Assembly: GCA_030704615.1 (NCBI GenBank)
Contig: CM060734.1
Coordinates: 62,186,001 to 62,250,000, forward strand
DNA length: 64,000 nt
Source of the DNA: Takakia lepidozioides
Lineage: Eukaryota > Plantae > Bryophyta
Reading direction: 5' to 3'
A program made the translations under genes and the position numbers. Each line of letters begins with the position of its first letter. Position 1 is the stretch's first letter. The notes under the pieces were generated by a model. That model saw only the letters and a list, made by a program, of their open reading frames with translations, was not told the DNA's origin and did not search any database. Shown piece after piece: positions 11,944-23,276 of the stretch.

Positions 11944-13820
11944 TTTGCACATAACTCAGTGTCAGATTGGCATGGCATCGTGCAGAAAACTGTGAAGTCC
12001 AAGTAGACAGGAACAGAGGCAAAAGGTTCTGGAGATGGAGACGAGTCTGCCAAGAGCTCGGAGAATAACGACGAAACAGATGAACCTGAACTTCACTACC
12101 TTGACAAGGTGAAAGAACTCATATCATTCCAGAAGGTAAACTCTCAGGAGGTTATTAGGGACATGCTCGTCTCTGGAGGGCATCTTGACATCCCACTATG
12201 CTGGATGATATCTATGCCTGTTGTGCGTCCTCCACTTTCCCATGACATTACAAAATTGGAAACTGATTTTGTGCATGGATATAGACTTGGTGCACAAGTT
12301 TTTTATGTGTCACTGAGGGATACAAATGGGAAAAGCACATTGGTGTCTCCTGAGATCACAGATACCTGGGATGAGTGCTGGAAAGATGTTAATGAGGAGT
12401 TCGAGCTGGGCCTCATGATGGGAAGAAACACCCAGCAATTCTGCAACCACATGTTCTACGTCTGGGACGGCAACCACCGATTGCTGGCGTGGATGGGATA
12501 CATTCAGAAACATCATTCAAAAGACAAAGACAAACATGCTGCTGTAGAGGCAATGGTTCTGGATCCTGGAAACGACATCGGTAGGCTTCTTACAGCTATG
12601 CACGATGTGAACAAGTAAGTCATCCTAGAGACTCTATTGCCTCTTCAATGTCTTGTTCATCCAACCAAAAATCGATGTTTACCAATGTATTGTTTCCACT
12701 CTTTTTGCAGATCGACAGAGAAATCGCATGTGACAACAAGCTTGGTCCACACACTCTTCCAAATTCATAGAATTGGTCTGATGAAGCTGGATGATTTTCG
12801 CACAGTACTCCACCCCGATATAATCAAGAAGTACAAAACATGAAGAGCTGTAGGCACTTGGTATTCTTTGACTCGAGAGGCGTTTCTAGAGTACATGTAT
12901 GCGGTAAGGCCGAGCCTGTACTCACTTGTCTTTCTGAATACATGTTTGTAATTCGTTTTGTACTCATCCCTACTTTTATCAATGCAGCAAGAACTGGCAG
13001 AGGCAGCTGAGAAGGGGAAATCCGAATACTACCGCACTACAACAGAGGAACTTATGACATCAAAAGGCGTGGAAGCAGCAATAAAGAAGGAGTATGAAAT
13101 CCGGAGAACCAAACTGATGTCCGCCTTCTCAAAGCAGCTTAGAATAGTCGATCCTAGCCTTGGAGAGGAGTTCCTTCTGCAGATCAAATCTCAGTATGAT
13201 AAGCATGTGCACCCGGAGATGCAGCAAGAGAAATTGCACCGGCTGGCCATCTCCATGGTTGACCCCCCAAACCAAAATAAGATGGCTTGAGATTTGGAAC
13301 TCAGATCAGATAGTGAAGGACTTGAATCAGTTCCCTAAGAGCACTATACAGCCTGGCACAAAGGTGGAGGGAATCAGTGACATTGTGTTTGACAACTGGG
13401 TTCACAAGGTTACATTTTGGAGTCAGGTGTGTATTCAAATAAATTCCATCTTTGTTGACTTCATGAATGTAATGACTACCTTATTTGCAAATTTGACAAA
13501 TGTACCCTTTGCAGCTGGAGAAGCGCGCAATCCTTGTGCTCGAGCAGACTTTGAAGGACTTGAACATTTCTATTGTTTCCCCGCCTCATTTGACATCGGA
13601 GGCATACATAAGGAAGTGGAGAGGTCTCACTTGGAGATACTGTTTTTTCCGAGAGTTTTCAAAGGATGGTAACATTTTACGGTCCAACGACTTTGACAGT
13701 CAGGTTGGGGGAGAGTGGGCCATGATGCGAGTTGTGTACAGGTGCAATGTCCTACTGGAAACTGTGTTCTCTCTTGTGAGAAATCGTTAGGCTTTGTTAG
13801 CTGTGTTATCACAGATCCAA

Positions 13821-14073
13821 AGTGAATGTCGGTGCCGACATTCACTTCTATGGCTGTGTGCTTCCAAAGCTGGATATTGCATTCACATGGATTAGGGAAC
13901 TTAGGGTGTGTTTGCAGTGTTCTTGAATGGAATTTTGTGAATGTCGTTGACGACATTCACATCCAGAGCTATTGTGAGCTTCTGAGATTTATTGAACATT
14001 TTGCAGGGTGCATTGATTTTTTAGTCAGAGTTCCTCACTCTAGTTTTCTGAATATCGTTGCCGACATTCACTT
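13821..14073. repeat. Three more copies of the same palindrome, ~113 bp apart, in an intron
   Basis: AGTGAATGTCGGTGCCGACATTCACT (13821), GTGAATGTCGTTGACGACATTCAC (13937), TGAATATCGTTGCCGACATTCACT (14049). Confidence 0.85.
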
Positions 14074-16644
14074 TCAGTGCAATGTGTTTTTACATTGATA
14101 GGTTGATTTCCAATAGGTTAGGGATATTTCCTTGCAGAATACAAAGGGAAGCAAGTAGTTTAAAGATTGTAAACTCATTTCCTTGGTCGTTTTCTCCATT
14201 CTGTGCTACTGGCAGTATACTGGTTTGCATGTCCATGAAACGTAATATATTTTGCAATTTGATAGTCTCCACTAGAACTTTGAGATTGTTTCTTACTCAC
14301 TTCGCGCTTTGGTGGGTTGGGTTTTGTCTCGTGTTTCACAGGTACACGAAATATGTGCTTATGGATGGAAATCACCTTAGCGGTATCCCTGACTATCTTG
14401 ACATGTGGTCGAACCTTGCAAATGATCCAACCATGTACACTGCAGGGATATTGAAGGACATGAGTCCTGCTCACTTCAGAGACTGTGGTTGGTACCTGGA
14501 TTGCCCACCTGGGCACACGACCTTTCAAGAGCAGCAGATGAAATATTTGAACAATAATGCTGAGATGCTGGCACCTCTGGATGACGAGGAGTTCCAAAGA
14601 AACATAGCAACATTGGCTGCGAAGGAGCCTGATGCTCAGGAAACAACACAGAAGGGCAAGAAGGGGGGGTGCAAACCAAAAGACAAGGCTCCTAATCTCA
14701 TAGCCAGGTCACCAGCAAAGACAAAGGACAAAGACAAGTCCAAGGACAAGGAGAAGGAAAATGACAAGGGGAAGGAGAAGGAAAAGGAGAGTGAGAAGGA
14801 CTTCACTGCCGGAAGGTATACCCGCACCATTCAGTTTGTGTTCGATGCCAGGCCACACCCTTCCCGTGCTGATTTGGCAGGGGAGATTAAGATTGTCAAT
14901 GAGGGATGGCTGACGATGATGCAGAGTCGGAAGAGAGGATACATTGGGGTGCCTTCGCCTACCTGGGACAACATGATCTCTTTCCTTAATCTAGTGAGAA
15001 TTTGATTTTCATTCCTTTGCATCTGTAAGTGTCATTTGCAGTACTAAACTTTGTTTCTTTGAAAACATTCTTCTCTAAAATTGAACATGTAGACTGTTGC
15101 AGGTGAGCACTGGTCCCACCTTCGTGTGCGGTGTGTAGAAAACATTTGCGGCTGACATGGTCATTCTTGACATCCCGGACGGCCAGGCTGTGCCATAAGT
15201 TCTCCCGAAGGGCAAGACACCAAGCTGGAACAAATTCGATGACAACTACTGGAGTTGGGTGTTCGGGTTCTGCAATAATTTCCTCTCTGATGCAGGGACA
15301 CTTCTGCTTTTTCAGTCATGTGACAAAGATAGTCGTCGGGCATTGGCATCATACTTGAAGTCCTTTGGGTTTGAAGTTTTGCGCACATGGAATTGTGTGA
15401 ACAGCCTCTACCTTGTGAAAGGGGGTTGTCATGGTCAGCTGGTATGGCGTCTCCCTTCTGCTTGTGCTTTCATGCTGCGTTTCAATGTTCTCTGCAGTTC
15501 CACTCTAGAAGAATCTGTAATGATCGACACCGATCATCACAGATTCGTGAAAAACAGTTTGTTGTATGTCTATGTTTTGAAGAGCCAATGTACAAACTTC
15601 CACTATTGTTTGTGTTTGGCACCCTAACCTACAGTCTTTGGCAGACGAGGATGTTCGAGGCGATCTGCCTGCGGAGGATTCGCACCTCAAAGACACCATC
15701 CTCCGTCCGCAGCTTTGAGATTTCTAACCAGGGGTGTTTCGTCAACCCCCCGTATGAGCCTCATGTCGATGACATTTTGTACAACTTCATGCAGTCCAGT
15801 CAGACTCTGAAGAGACCAGATGGCACTCCCTGGAGAGGTGCAAAGGAAAAAACCCCAACATTCATGCAGACACTGCTGGAATCATGCAGCCACCATTCTG
15901 CACGGGTGGTCGATCTTTCAGTGTCCACAGGTTCGTTCTCTCCCTTTAGAATTGATTTTCTTTCACCAGTTTCATCTTATTAAATCCCCCCCCCCCCACC
16001 AACCTGTTCATGTCCTCCTATCTGGTGCATGAGCAACTTACCATGCATGCATGGCAGGCGGAAGAAGCCTTTTTGGCATGGAGGGTGACTCTGACCTTTA
16101 CAAGACAATGCTCCTCCCCCTTTTGTCTGGCTCTACTTCAGGCACACAGACTGAGACGATTCAAATCCAAAATGATGACGATCCCGAGGATAAGCAGGTC
16201 GATAACGACTTTTCATGTGAGTAAGTCCTCAACCCACTTTGGGAGCCATATTCAATTTCTCAGACATCAAATTTACAGTATTAATTTTTTCTGGCTGTGA
16301 CTTGCAGGAAAGGCAGCGATGGATCTTCAGGAGAAACCCCCATTTCCAATTTTCTGCTTCCTGTGTATGCCGAAGCAATGGCACTTCATACGGCCAATAC
16401 TCTATCCCCCTGACTTTTTATTGCCCGGCCGCAAGTGTAGCCAGCGTAGATCCGGAGTTCTTAAATTCTTAGACTTGGAGGCAGAGGATGCGGGGATACA
16501 TTGTACCGACTCTGAGTCAGACTGAACTTTGTTCTTTAAATGTTCTATTTTCATCCTCTTCGAAAACATTGAATCCCCTTACTCCACTGTAGTTGAAAAA
16601 AAGAAAGAATAAAAAAATCCACTTTCATTAAAATGGCAATATTT

Positions 16645-17000
16645 ATTAATCCATCCCACAAACCCCACTCACTCTTGTCATATCTATTGTGCATTCATCT
16701 ACTGTGTATTCATGCGTGCTCCATTCAAGAATGTTTTCCATTACTCAACATCCATTGTTCATTCATCCACTGTACTCTGGAATCCATCCCACAAACCCAA
16801 CACACTCATCCATATACATTGTGCATTCATCTACAGTGTATTCATGCATCCTCCAGTCATGAATGTTTTCCATTATTCAACATCCATTATACATTCATCC
16901 ATTTTACTTTTACCCATCCCACATTCATTCATCTGCTTGCATTTTTCGCACTCATCCATCTATTTATCATCCACTCTATATTCATCCATCCTGCATTTAT
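16645..17000. repeat. CATCCAT/CATTCAT-rich region with a ~133-bp tandem duplication
   Basis: aatccatcccacaaacc...aacatccatt occurs at ~16648 and ~16781. Confidence 0.7.
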
Positions 17001-17237
17001 CTGTTGCTTTCAGGTGGGAATGACCATGTCCTGTTATTATGTCGTCCAGCTTGTTTCCGCGGTAAAGGGTGCTCTTCCGCGGGAATACACTCCACTTCTT
17101 CCTTGGCGCGCGGTGACACGGCCTTCAAGCGCGATGACGTGGAGTGAGCCCCGTGATGTGGCATTGGCGCAAGGTGACGTGGCTTGAGGGCAGTTGCGCT
17201 CACGCGCTCACGCGACCAAGCTCACGCCGAGGCATCC

Positions 17238-19090
17238 TTGGCAGCTGGAGAAGCGCGCCATCCTTGTGCTTGAGCAGAATTTGAAGGACTTGAATATTTC
17301 CATTGTTTCCCCGCCTCAAATGACATTGGAGGCATACATCAGGAAGTGGAGAGGTCTCACTTGGCGATACTGTTTTTTCCGGGAGTTTTCGAAGGATGGT
17401 AACATTTTGCAGTCCAACGACTTTGACAGTTAGGTTGGGGGGGAGTGGGGGCCATGATGCGAGTTGTGTACATGTGCAATGTCCAACTGGAACTGTGTTG
17501 CCTCTTGTGAGAAATCCTTAGGCTTTGTTAGCAGTGTTCTTCACTGATAGGAAGTGAATGGCGGTGCCAATAATCACTTCCATGGCTGTGAGCTTCTACA
17601 GATAGAGATTTCATTCACATGGATTAGAGAACTTAGGGTGTGTTGGCAGTGTTTTTGAAAGGAATTTTGTTAATGTCAGTGCCGACCATCACATCCAGAG
17701 CTGTTGTGAGCTTCTATGGAGAGAGATTTCTTGTACGTTTTGTAGGGAACATTGTCTTTTTAGGCAGTGTTACTTGCAAGAGTTTTTTGAATGTCGGTGC
17801 CGACATTCACTTTGAGTGTTGTGGGCTTCTATAGAGAGAGATTGCTTTCCAATAGGGTAGGGATATTTCCCTGCAGAATACACAGGGAAGCAAGTGGTTT
17901 GTAAATTGTAACTTCATTTTCTTGGTCGCTCATTTCATTCTGTAGTACTGCTGTCAGGATCCAGTGTACTGGTTTGCATATCCATGAAACGTACTTTCTT
18001 TCACGAATGTTATATTCACCACTGGCACTTACAAAAGACTTCTTTTTCATTTTACGCTTTGGTCCATTGGGTTTTCTCTCATGGTTCGCAGGTACACAAA
18101 ATATGTGCTTATGGATGGAAATCACCTCAGCGGTATCCCAGATTATCTTGACATCATGTGGTCGGACCCTGGCAACGATCCAGCCATGTACACTGCAGGG
18201 ATATTGAAGGACTGGAGTCCTGCACACTTCAGGGACTGTGGTTGGTACCTGGACTGCCCTCCTAAGCACACGACTTTTCAAGAGCAGCAAATGAAATACT
18301 TGAACAATCATGCTGAGATGCTGGCACCTCTGAACGACGAGGAGTACCAAAGAAACAACCCAGAAGGGCAAGAAGGGGGGGGGGGCAAGACCAAAGACAA
18401 GGGTTCTGATGGCATAGCCAAGTCACCAGCGAAGACAAAGGACAAAGATAAGTCGAAGGAGAAGAAGAAGGAAAAGGAAAAGGAAAAGGAGAAGGGAAAG
18501 GAGAAAGAAAAGGAGAAGGAGAAGGAGAAGGAGAGTGAGAAAGATTTCACCGCCGGAAGGTATACCCGCACAATTCAATGCGTGCTCGATGCTAGGCCAC
18601 ACCCTTCCTATGCTGATTTGGGAGGGGAGATTAAGATTGTCAATGAGGGATGGTTGGCGATGATGGAGAGTCGGAAGAAATGATACACTGGGGTGCCTTC
18701 GCCTACTTGGGATAACATGATCTCTTTCCTTAATCTGGTGGGAATTTCACTTTCTTTTCTGTGCATTTGTAAGTGACATTGGCAGTATTGATCTTTGTTT
18801 CCTTCATTCTTCTCTTCATTTGCAAAGTGAACATGTCTGTCACATGTGAGCACTGGTCCCTCCTTCGTGTGCGGTGTGCAGAAAACGTTTGCTGCTAACA
18901 TGGCATTCTTGACACCCCGGACGGTCAAGCTATTCCAGAAGTTCTTCCGAAGGGCAAGACGCCAAGCTGGAACAAATTCGATGACAACTACTGGAGTTGG
19001 GTGTTTGGGTTCTGCAATAATTTTCTTTCGGATGTAGGGACACTTGTGCTCTTTCAGTCACGTGACAAGGATAGTCGTCGGGCGATGCCA
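17238..19090 (+). pseudogene. Partial, diverged second copy of the ParB-MTase gene (paralogous to ~13510-15340)
   Basis: LEKRAILVLEQ...NDFDS, RYTKYVLMDGNHLSGIPDYLD..., KE-repeat, DTPDG (18911); its intron retains the three palindromes (~17553, 17673, 17789). Confidence 0.9.
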
Positions 19091-19094
19091 GTAA

Positions 19095-19208
19095 TCAGGG
19101 TAGAACTGACTTCGTGTTTGTCACTGTAGAGTGAGGTAGTCGTAAAAGCACTTATCATTGCAAATGCAGTGATATCCATAGTCATAAAAACGTTAATGTG
19201 TACTAGTG
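19095..19208. mobile_element. Second CACTA-type right terminus
   Basis: ...TAGTCATAAAAACGTTAATGTGTACTAGTG (reverse complement CACTAGTACAC...), similar to the 7020-7057 end. Confidence 0.5.
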
Positions 19209-19254
19209 TTTGAAGGGTTTTGAGCATCTCTGCAGCATAAAGACCTTGAACATG

Positions 19255-21180
19255 ATTTTTCAGAGACCCTACACTTTGGGAGATCTAGGTTAGCCTGTGC
19301 CATTGGCCCATATGTGAAGAATTGATCTAAGCCCCAATGCAATATTCTATGTACCCAAGTGCTTCTCCTATGTACATGGAGGCCCAAGTGTGACCGGTGT
19401 CTAGTGTCATCTAAGTACTCCAAGTGCAATCCCCTATGTATCCAAAGACCTACAGTTTGGGAGATCTCTATGTCATTGCCCACTTTGCTATTTTGGCAAT
19501 CTCCCCTGTCAAGGCTTCTTATGTTGATGTATCCACTTTGCTATTTTTCACGAATTTCCAGCAACCAAAAGTACTTGAAATTCCAAATCTCCCACTTGAA
19601 GGCCCAATCATTGCTCTAGGAAAGCCCATTTTGCCGATTTTGTGAATTTTTGGTGACCCAAAGTATTTGGAATTCCACATCTCCCCCACCGCTGGTCCAA
19701 AAATCATGAGACCAAGCCGGTGCACCCCTCCTCATCGAGGGCTTTCCAACGACACCAAGCACCAACGCTGGGCCCCGCGGTTTGGGAGATCTCAGCGACA
19801 CTACAAAACAAAACAAACAAAACAAACGTCTCGATTCGTATATTGACTAGGGTAGCCTGTGCCATTGGCCCAAGTGTCCAGTGTCACCTAAGTCCAAGTG
19901 CAATCTCCTATGTATCTAGAGACCCTGCAGTTTGGGAGATCTAGGCCAGTAGCATGTGCCATTGGCCCATGTGTGAAGAATTGAAATCTACGCCCAAGTG
20001 CAATCTCCTATGTATCCAAGTGTTTCTCCCATGTGGAAGCCCGAATGCGACCTCCAGTGTCCAATGTCATCTAAGTCCAAGTGCAATCCCAAAGCCCACT
20101 TTGCTATTTTTGCAATCTCCCCTCTCGAGGCTTCATACATTGAAATATCCACTTTGTTATTTTTTGCGAATTTCCACAAACCAAAAGTACTTGAAATTCC
20201 AGATCTCCCAAGAAGAAGGGTTAATCATTGCTCCAGGAAAGCCCAAATTCAATATCATGTTATCCATGGATAATAAATTGGCAAACTCTGTCTCCAAATT
20301 TTATGAAACCAAGTTGATGTATCCCTCCTCATCGAGGGCTTTTCAACAGTACCAAAATCGTGGCCAGAGGCCCCGTGGTTTGGAGGCCCATCTAAGCCCA
20401 AATTCAATCTCATATTATCCAACTGCGTCTCCTATATAGACGCCCAAGTGCGACCTTGAGTGTCCTTCCAACATTTAATTTTGTAATTTAGTTGAATTTC
20501 CAGAGACCAAATTTTATGAAACCAAGTTGATGCACTCGGGGCTATTCATCGAGGGCTTTCCAACGGTACCAAAATCGTGGCCAGAGGCCCCGCGATCGGG
20601 AGATCTCAACGACGCCCATGGGAAGTATTGAAATCTAAGCCCAAGTGCAATCTCCTATGTATCCAAGTGTCTCTCCCATGCAGAGGCCTAAGTGACCTCC
20701 AGTGTCCAATGTCATCTAAGTCCAAGTGCAATCCCCTATGCATGCAGAGACCCTATAGTTTGGGAGGTCTCCACGTCATTGTTCCAACAAAGTCCACTTT
20801 GCTATTTTTACAATCTCTTCTATCGAGGCTTAATATATTGATATATCCACTCTTTTGCTATTTTTTGCAAATTTCCAGCGACCAGAAGTACTTGAAATTC
20901 CAAATCTCCCACGTGAAGGGCCAATCACTGCTCCATGAAAGCCCACTTTGCTATTTTTTCACGAATTTCCAACGACCAAGAGTACTTGAAATTCGACATC
21001 TCCCACACCGTAGGTCCAAAAATTATGAGACCAAGCCAGTGCACCCCTCCTCATCAAGGGCTTTCCAACGGCACCAAGCACCAGGGCTGGGACCCGCGGT
21101 TTGGGAGATCTCAATGATGCTACAAATCAAAACAAAACAAACAAACTGGCTTCCTTCATATATTGATACGTCTTCCTAGA
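19255..21180 (+). repeat. Cluster of degenerate copies of a non-coding interspersed repeat (possibly a non-autonomous Helitron-like element)
   Basis: Repeated blocks CATCGAGGGCTTTCCAACG..ACCAA (19733, ~20330, 20547, ~21050), GTTTGGGAGATCTC and CCAAGTGCAATC; one unit ends ...TATTGACTAG (19850). Confidence 0.6.
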
Positions 21181-21203
21181 ATATAGGAATATGTCCAAAT
21201 TAG

Positions 21204-21228
21204 GAAGAAGAAGAAGAAGAAGAAGAAG
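21204..21228. repeat. (GAA)n microsatellite
   Basis: Directly visible. Confidence 0.9.
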
Positions 21229-21407
21229 ACTAGGTGGGCAACCTTGGGCCGGCAACTCACACATATTATTTTCAATTTTATTATGTCTTATTGTGCGTCT
21301 CTAGAGCAGCTGTGAAAGCTCTCCGATCTCAAGAGCTCTGTTTATCAGTATAAGTAGTAGTCCAGAAAATTCTTGTTCATCTACCTTATGCTTGAAATCA
21401 TAGTTGT

Positions 21408-21917
21408 ATGGGTGTTGGTAGCAAATCAAAGATGGGCCAAGCTGATCATCGTGCCCGGTTACAGCTCATCCTTGTAACTGCAGTGGCATTCTTCACACTT
21501 CCAACGCTTGTAACATGCTACGGGAATTACTTGCATGTCGGAGAAATACTGAATCAAGGAGACTACATAACGAATCCGGGTTCGACCCCACAACAATACT
21601 CAGCTGGGATGGATAGAAATTGTCAATTATATCTCCTTAATAATGGGGCTTATGTATGGTCAAGTCCTGCTACGACGTCTGTCGGATGTTATTTGACCCT
21701 CCAATCGGATGGAAATCTGGTGATCTACAGTGGATACACGCCGGTGTGGGCTACTAATACCTATGATTCAATTCCATGCTACAGTTGGAACGGATATTAC
21801 GAATTGCAATTTTGGCAAGAAACAGGAACAGTCCTTAGTCTGATTTGCCACATTCCAACTATATTTGGGTGGTTCGATTCCTATTATCAAATGTGGACTG
21901 TTCCTATTCACAACTAG
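21408..21917 (+). CDS. Secreted bulb-type (GNA-like) mannose-binding B-lectin, single exon
   Basis: Hydrophobic signal (LILVTAVAFFTLPTLVTC); L..GE.L.QG, M..NC.L.L...G..VWSS, CYLTLQSDGNLVIY (QxDxNxVxY site), PVWATNT; TATA-like TATAAGTA at ~21348. Confidence 0.9.
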   Translation: MGVGSKSKMGQADHRARLQLILVTAVAFFTLPTLVTCYGNYLHVGEILNQGDYITNPGSTPQQYSAGMDRNCQLYLLNNGAYVWSSPATTSVGCYLTLQSDGNLVIYSGYTPVWATNTYDSIPCYSWNGYYELQFWQETGTVLSLICHIPTIFGWFDSYYQMWTVPIHN

Positions 21918-23276
21918 TTTAAAGGCTGCCCCCATTGATATAAGCCTCTTTGGAGTACCGGTACACATCATAAACTTCTACGCTCACCTCACCGTCATTC
22001 GGAGGACTGCAACAGCTTTGTTGGTTATTCAAATTAGTCGACGGCGGAGGCACTGCCGCTGATTAGCTAATGTACCGCTGGGTCTATGCTTTCATATTAA
22101 GAATATGAAACCAGCTTGTTAGTCTATTGTTTCATGATACTTAGCATGTGAAGTGCATAACCTCGAGTTTGCATTTTAGCATTTATATACATGGAAATCA
22201 ACTCTAGAGAATTGATGCAGGTTTTCTACCTTGATAGCCTAGTACATATTACTGTTTTCAGCAATCCAATGTATGACCAAATATTATCAATTGATACATA
22301 TGTTTCGATCAACAAGTACATTAACGTTTATGCAGGCTACAGTTCAAAATGACATGTGCATCGATGTTGATGTTGAGGTAGACCTGCCGTGGTTACTGAT
22401 CATCTGAATTGACCAGCTACTAGTTTGACAGTTACCATGCATTTCTTTTGGGTAGTAGCTATACACTAGCGTACAACTCTGTTGAAACGGAATGTTGAAA
22501 AAAACATTTTCCTCTGAATCTCGTTCCGACAAAATATGTTGTTGTATGTCATTTGAACAACATGTACAAAACGACATTGTTCCGTTCATTTCAGCACTTG
22601 TTCACGAGTGTGGATTGTTCTCATGGAGTGCATACTCGAGGGTGATAGGGCTAATATCTTCCAAACACATAAACTAGATAGAATACTACTGCGTCGATGG
22701 GTCAGTTGGTATCAGGATTGATCGATCCAGAGTAGACGGTCTTGCGATCTCTGATCCCATGACTTTTCTGGAGTCCGCAAAACCCCGGCGCCCGTCAATG
22801 GGTAAGGTAACCGGTGCGGCAACAGGTGAGTCACTTTAGCAGCTATTTTGGTTTCCGGGCAGAAGCATCTCGCATGCTTGCTGGTCTTTGAGCAAATGCA
22901 CTGCCATTGGCTTCTTCTCTCTCTCTCTCCCTCTCTATAAAGCACCATTTCATTTCATTTCTCTCTGAGCTTCTCCCACACATCAAAGCCTACCCAGATT
23001 CAGCCTTGTGTCGTGTTCGGTTTGCTGGAGCCCGCTGATCTCCAACCAAGTCTCATCCCTTCACCGCCAAGGTTGTCAATAAGTAGTCTTGGCATTATCT
23101 GCACAAAGGTAATTGGAAGCTGGCAGCTCACTACCTCATCCTGATGCTTGGGGAAAAAGATTCATTTACAGAAATCATACAGTCCTGGCCCCTGACATGA
23201 CCTGTGGATTTTTTATCAGATGATTGGGTCTTGAGAGGCAACAAGAATTTGTTCATGCATGCAAATTGTGTAGTTT

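Larger units (their letters stand above)
10627..16525 (+). pseudogene. Multi-exon gene fusing a ParB/Srx-like domain and a beta-class N6A/N4C DNA methyltransferase-like domain (inactivated copy)
   Basis: FYVWDGNHRLLAW (DGNHR at 12466-12480). ADMVILDIPDG (15151-15183, motif IV position), then FLSDAGTLLLF. WRGAKEKTPTFMQTLLESCS...RVVDLSVSTG spliced to ATYHACMAGGRSLFGMEGD (motifs X-I-II). GT-AG introns at 10933, 12615-12710, 12904-12987, 13427-13514, 13703-14341, 15444-15643. Lesions: TAG 12004, TGA 12841, frameshift ~13265, TAA 15196. Confidence 0.7.

Noticed and set aside
14364-14378. Second ParB motif (DGNHL)
   Set aside because: Lacks the Arg and the surrounding ParB context.
16633-17187. 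His/Ile-rich 184-aa ORF
   Set aside because: Translation of CATCCAT-type low-complexity repeats.
22708-22718. TGGTATCAG primer-binding site
   Set aside because: Partial match with no adjacent LTR end identifiable.
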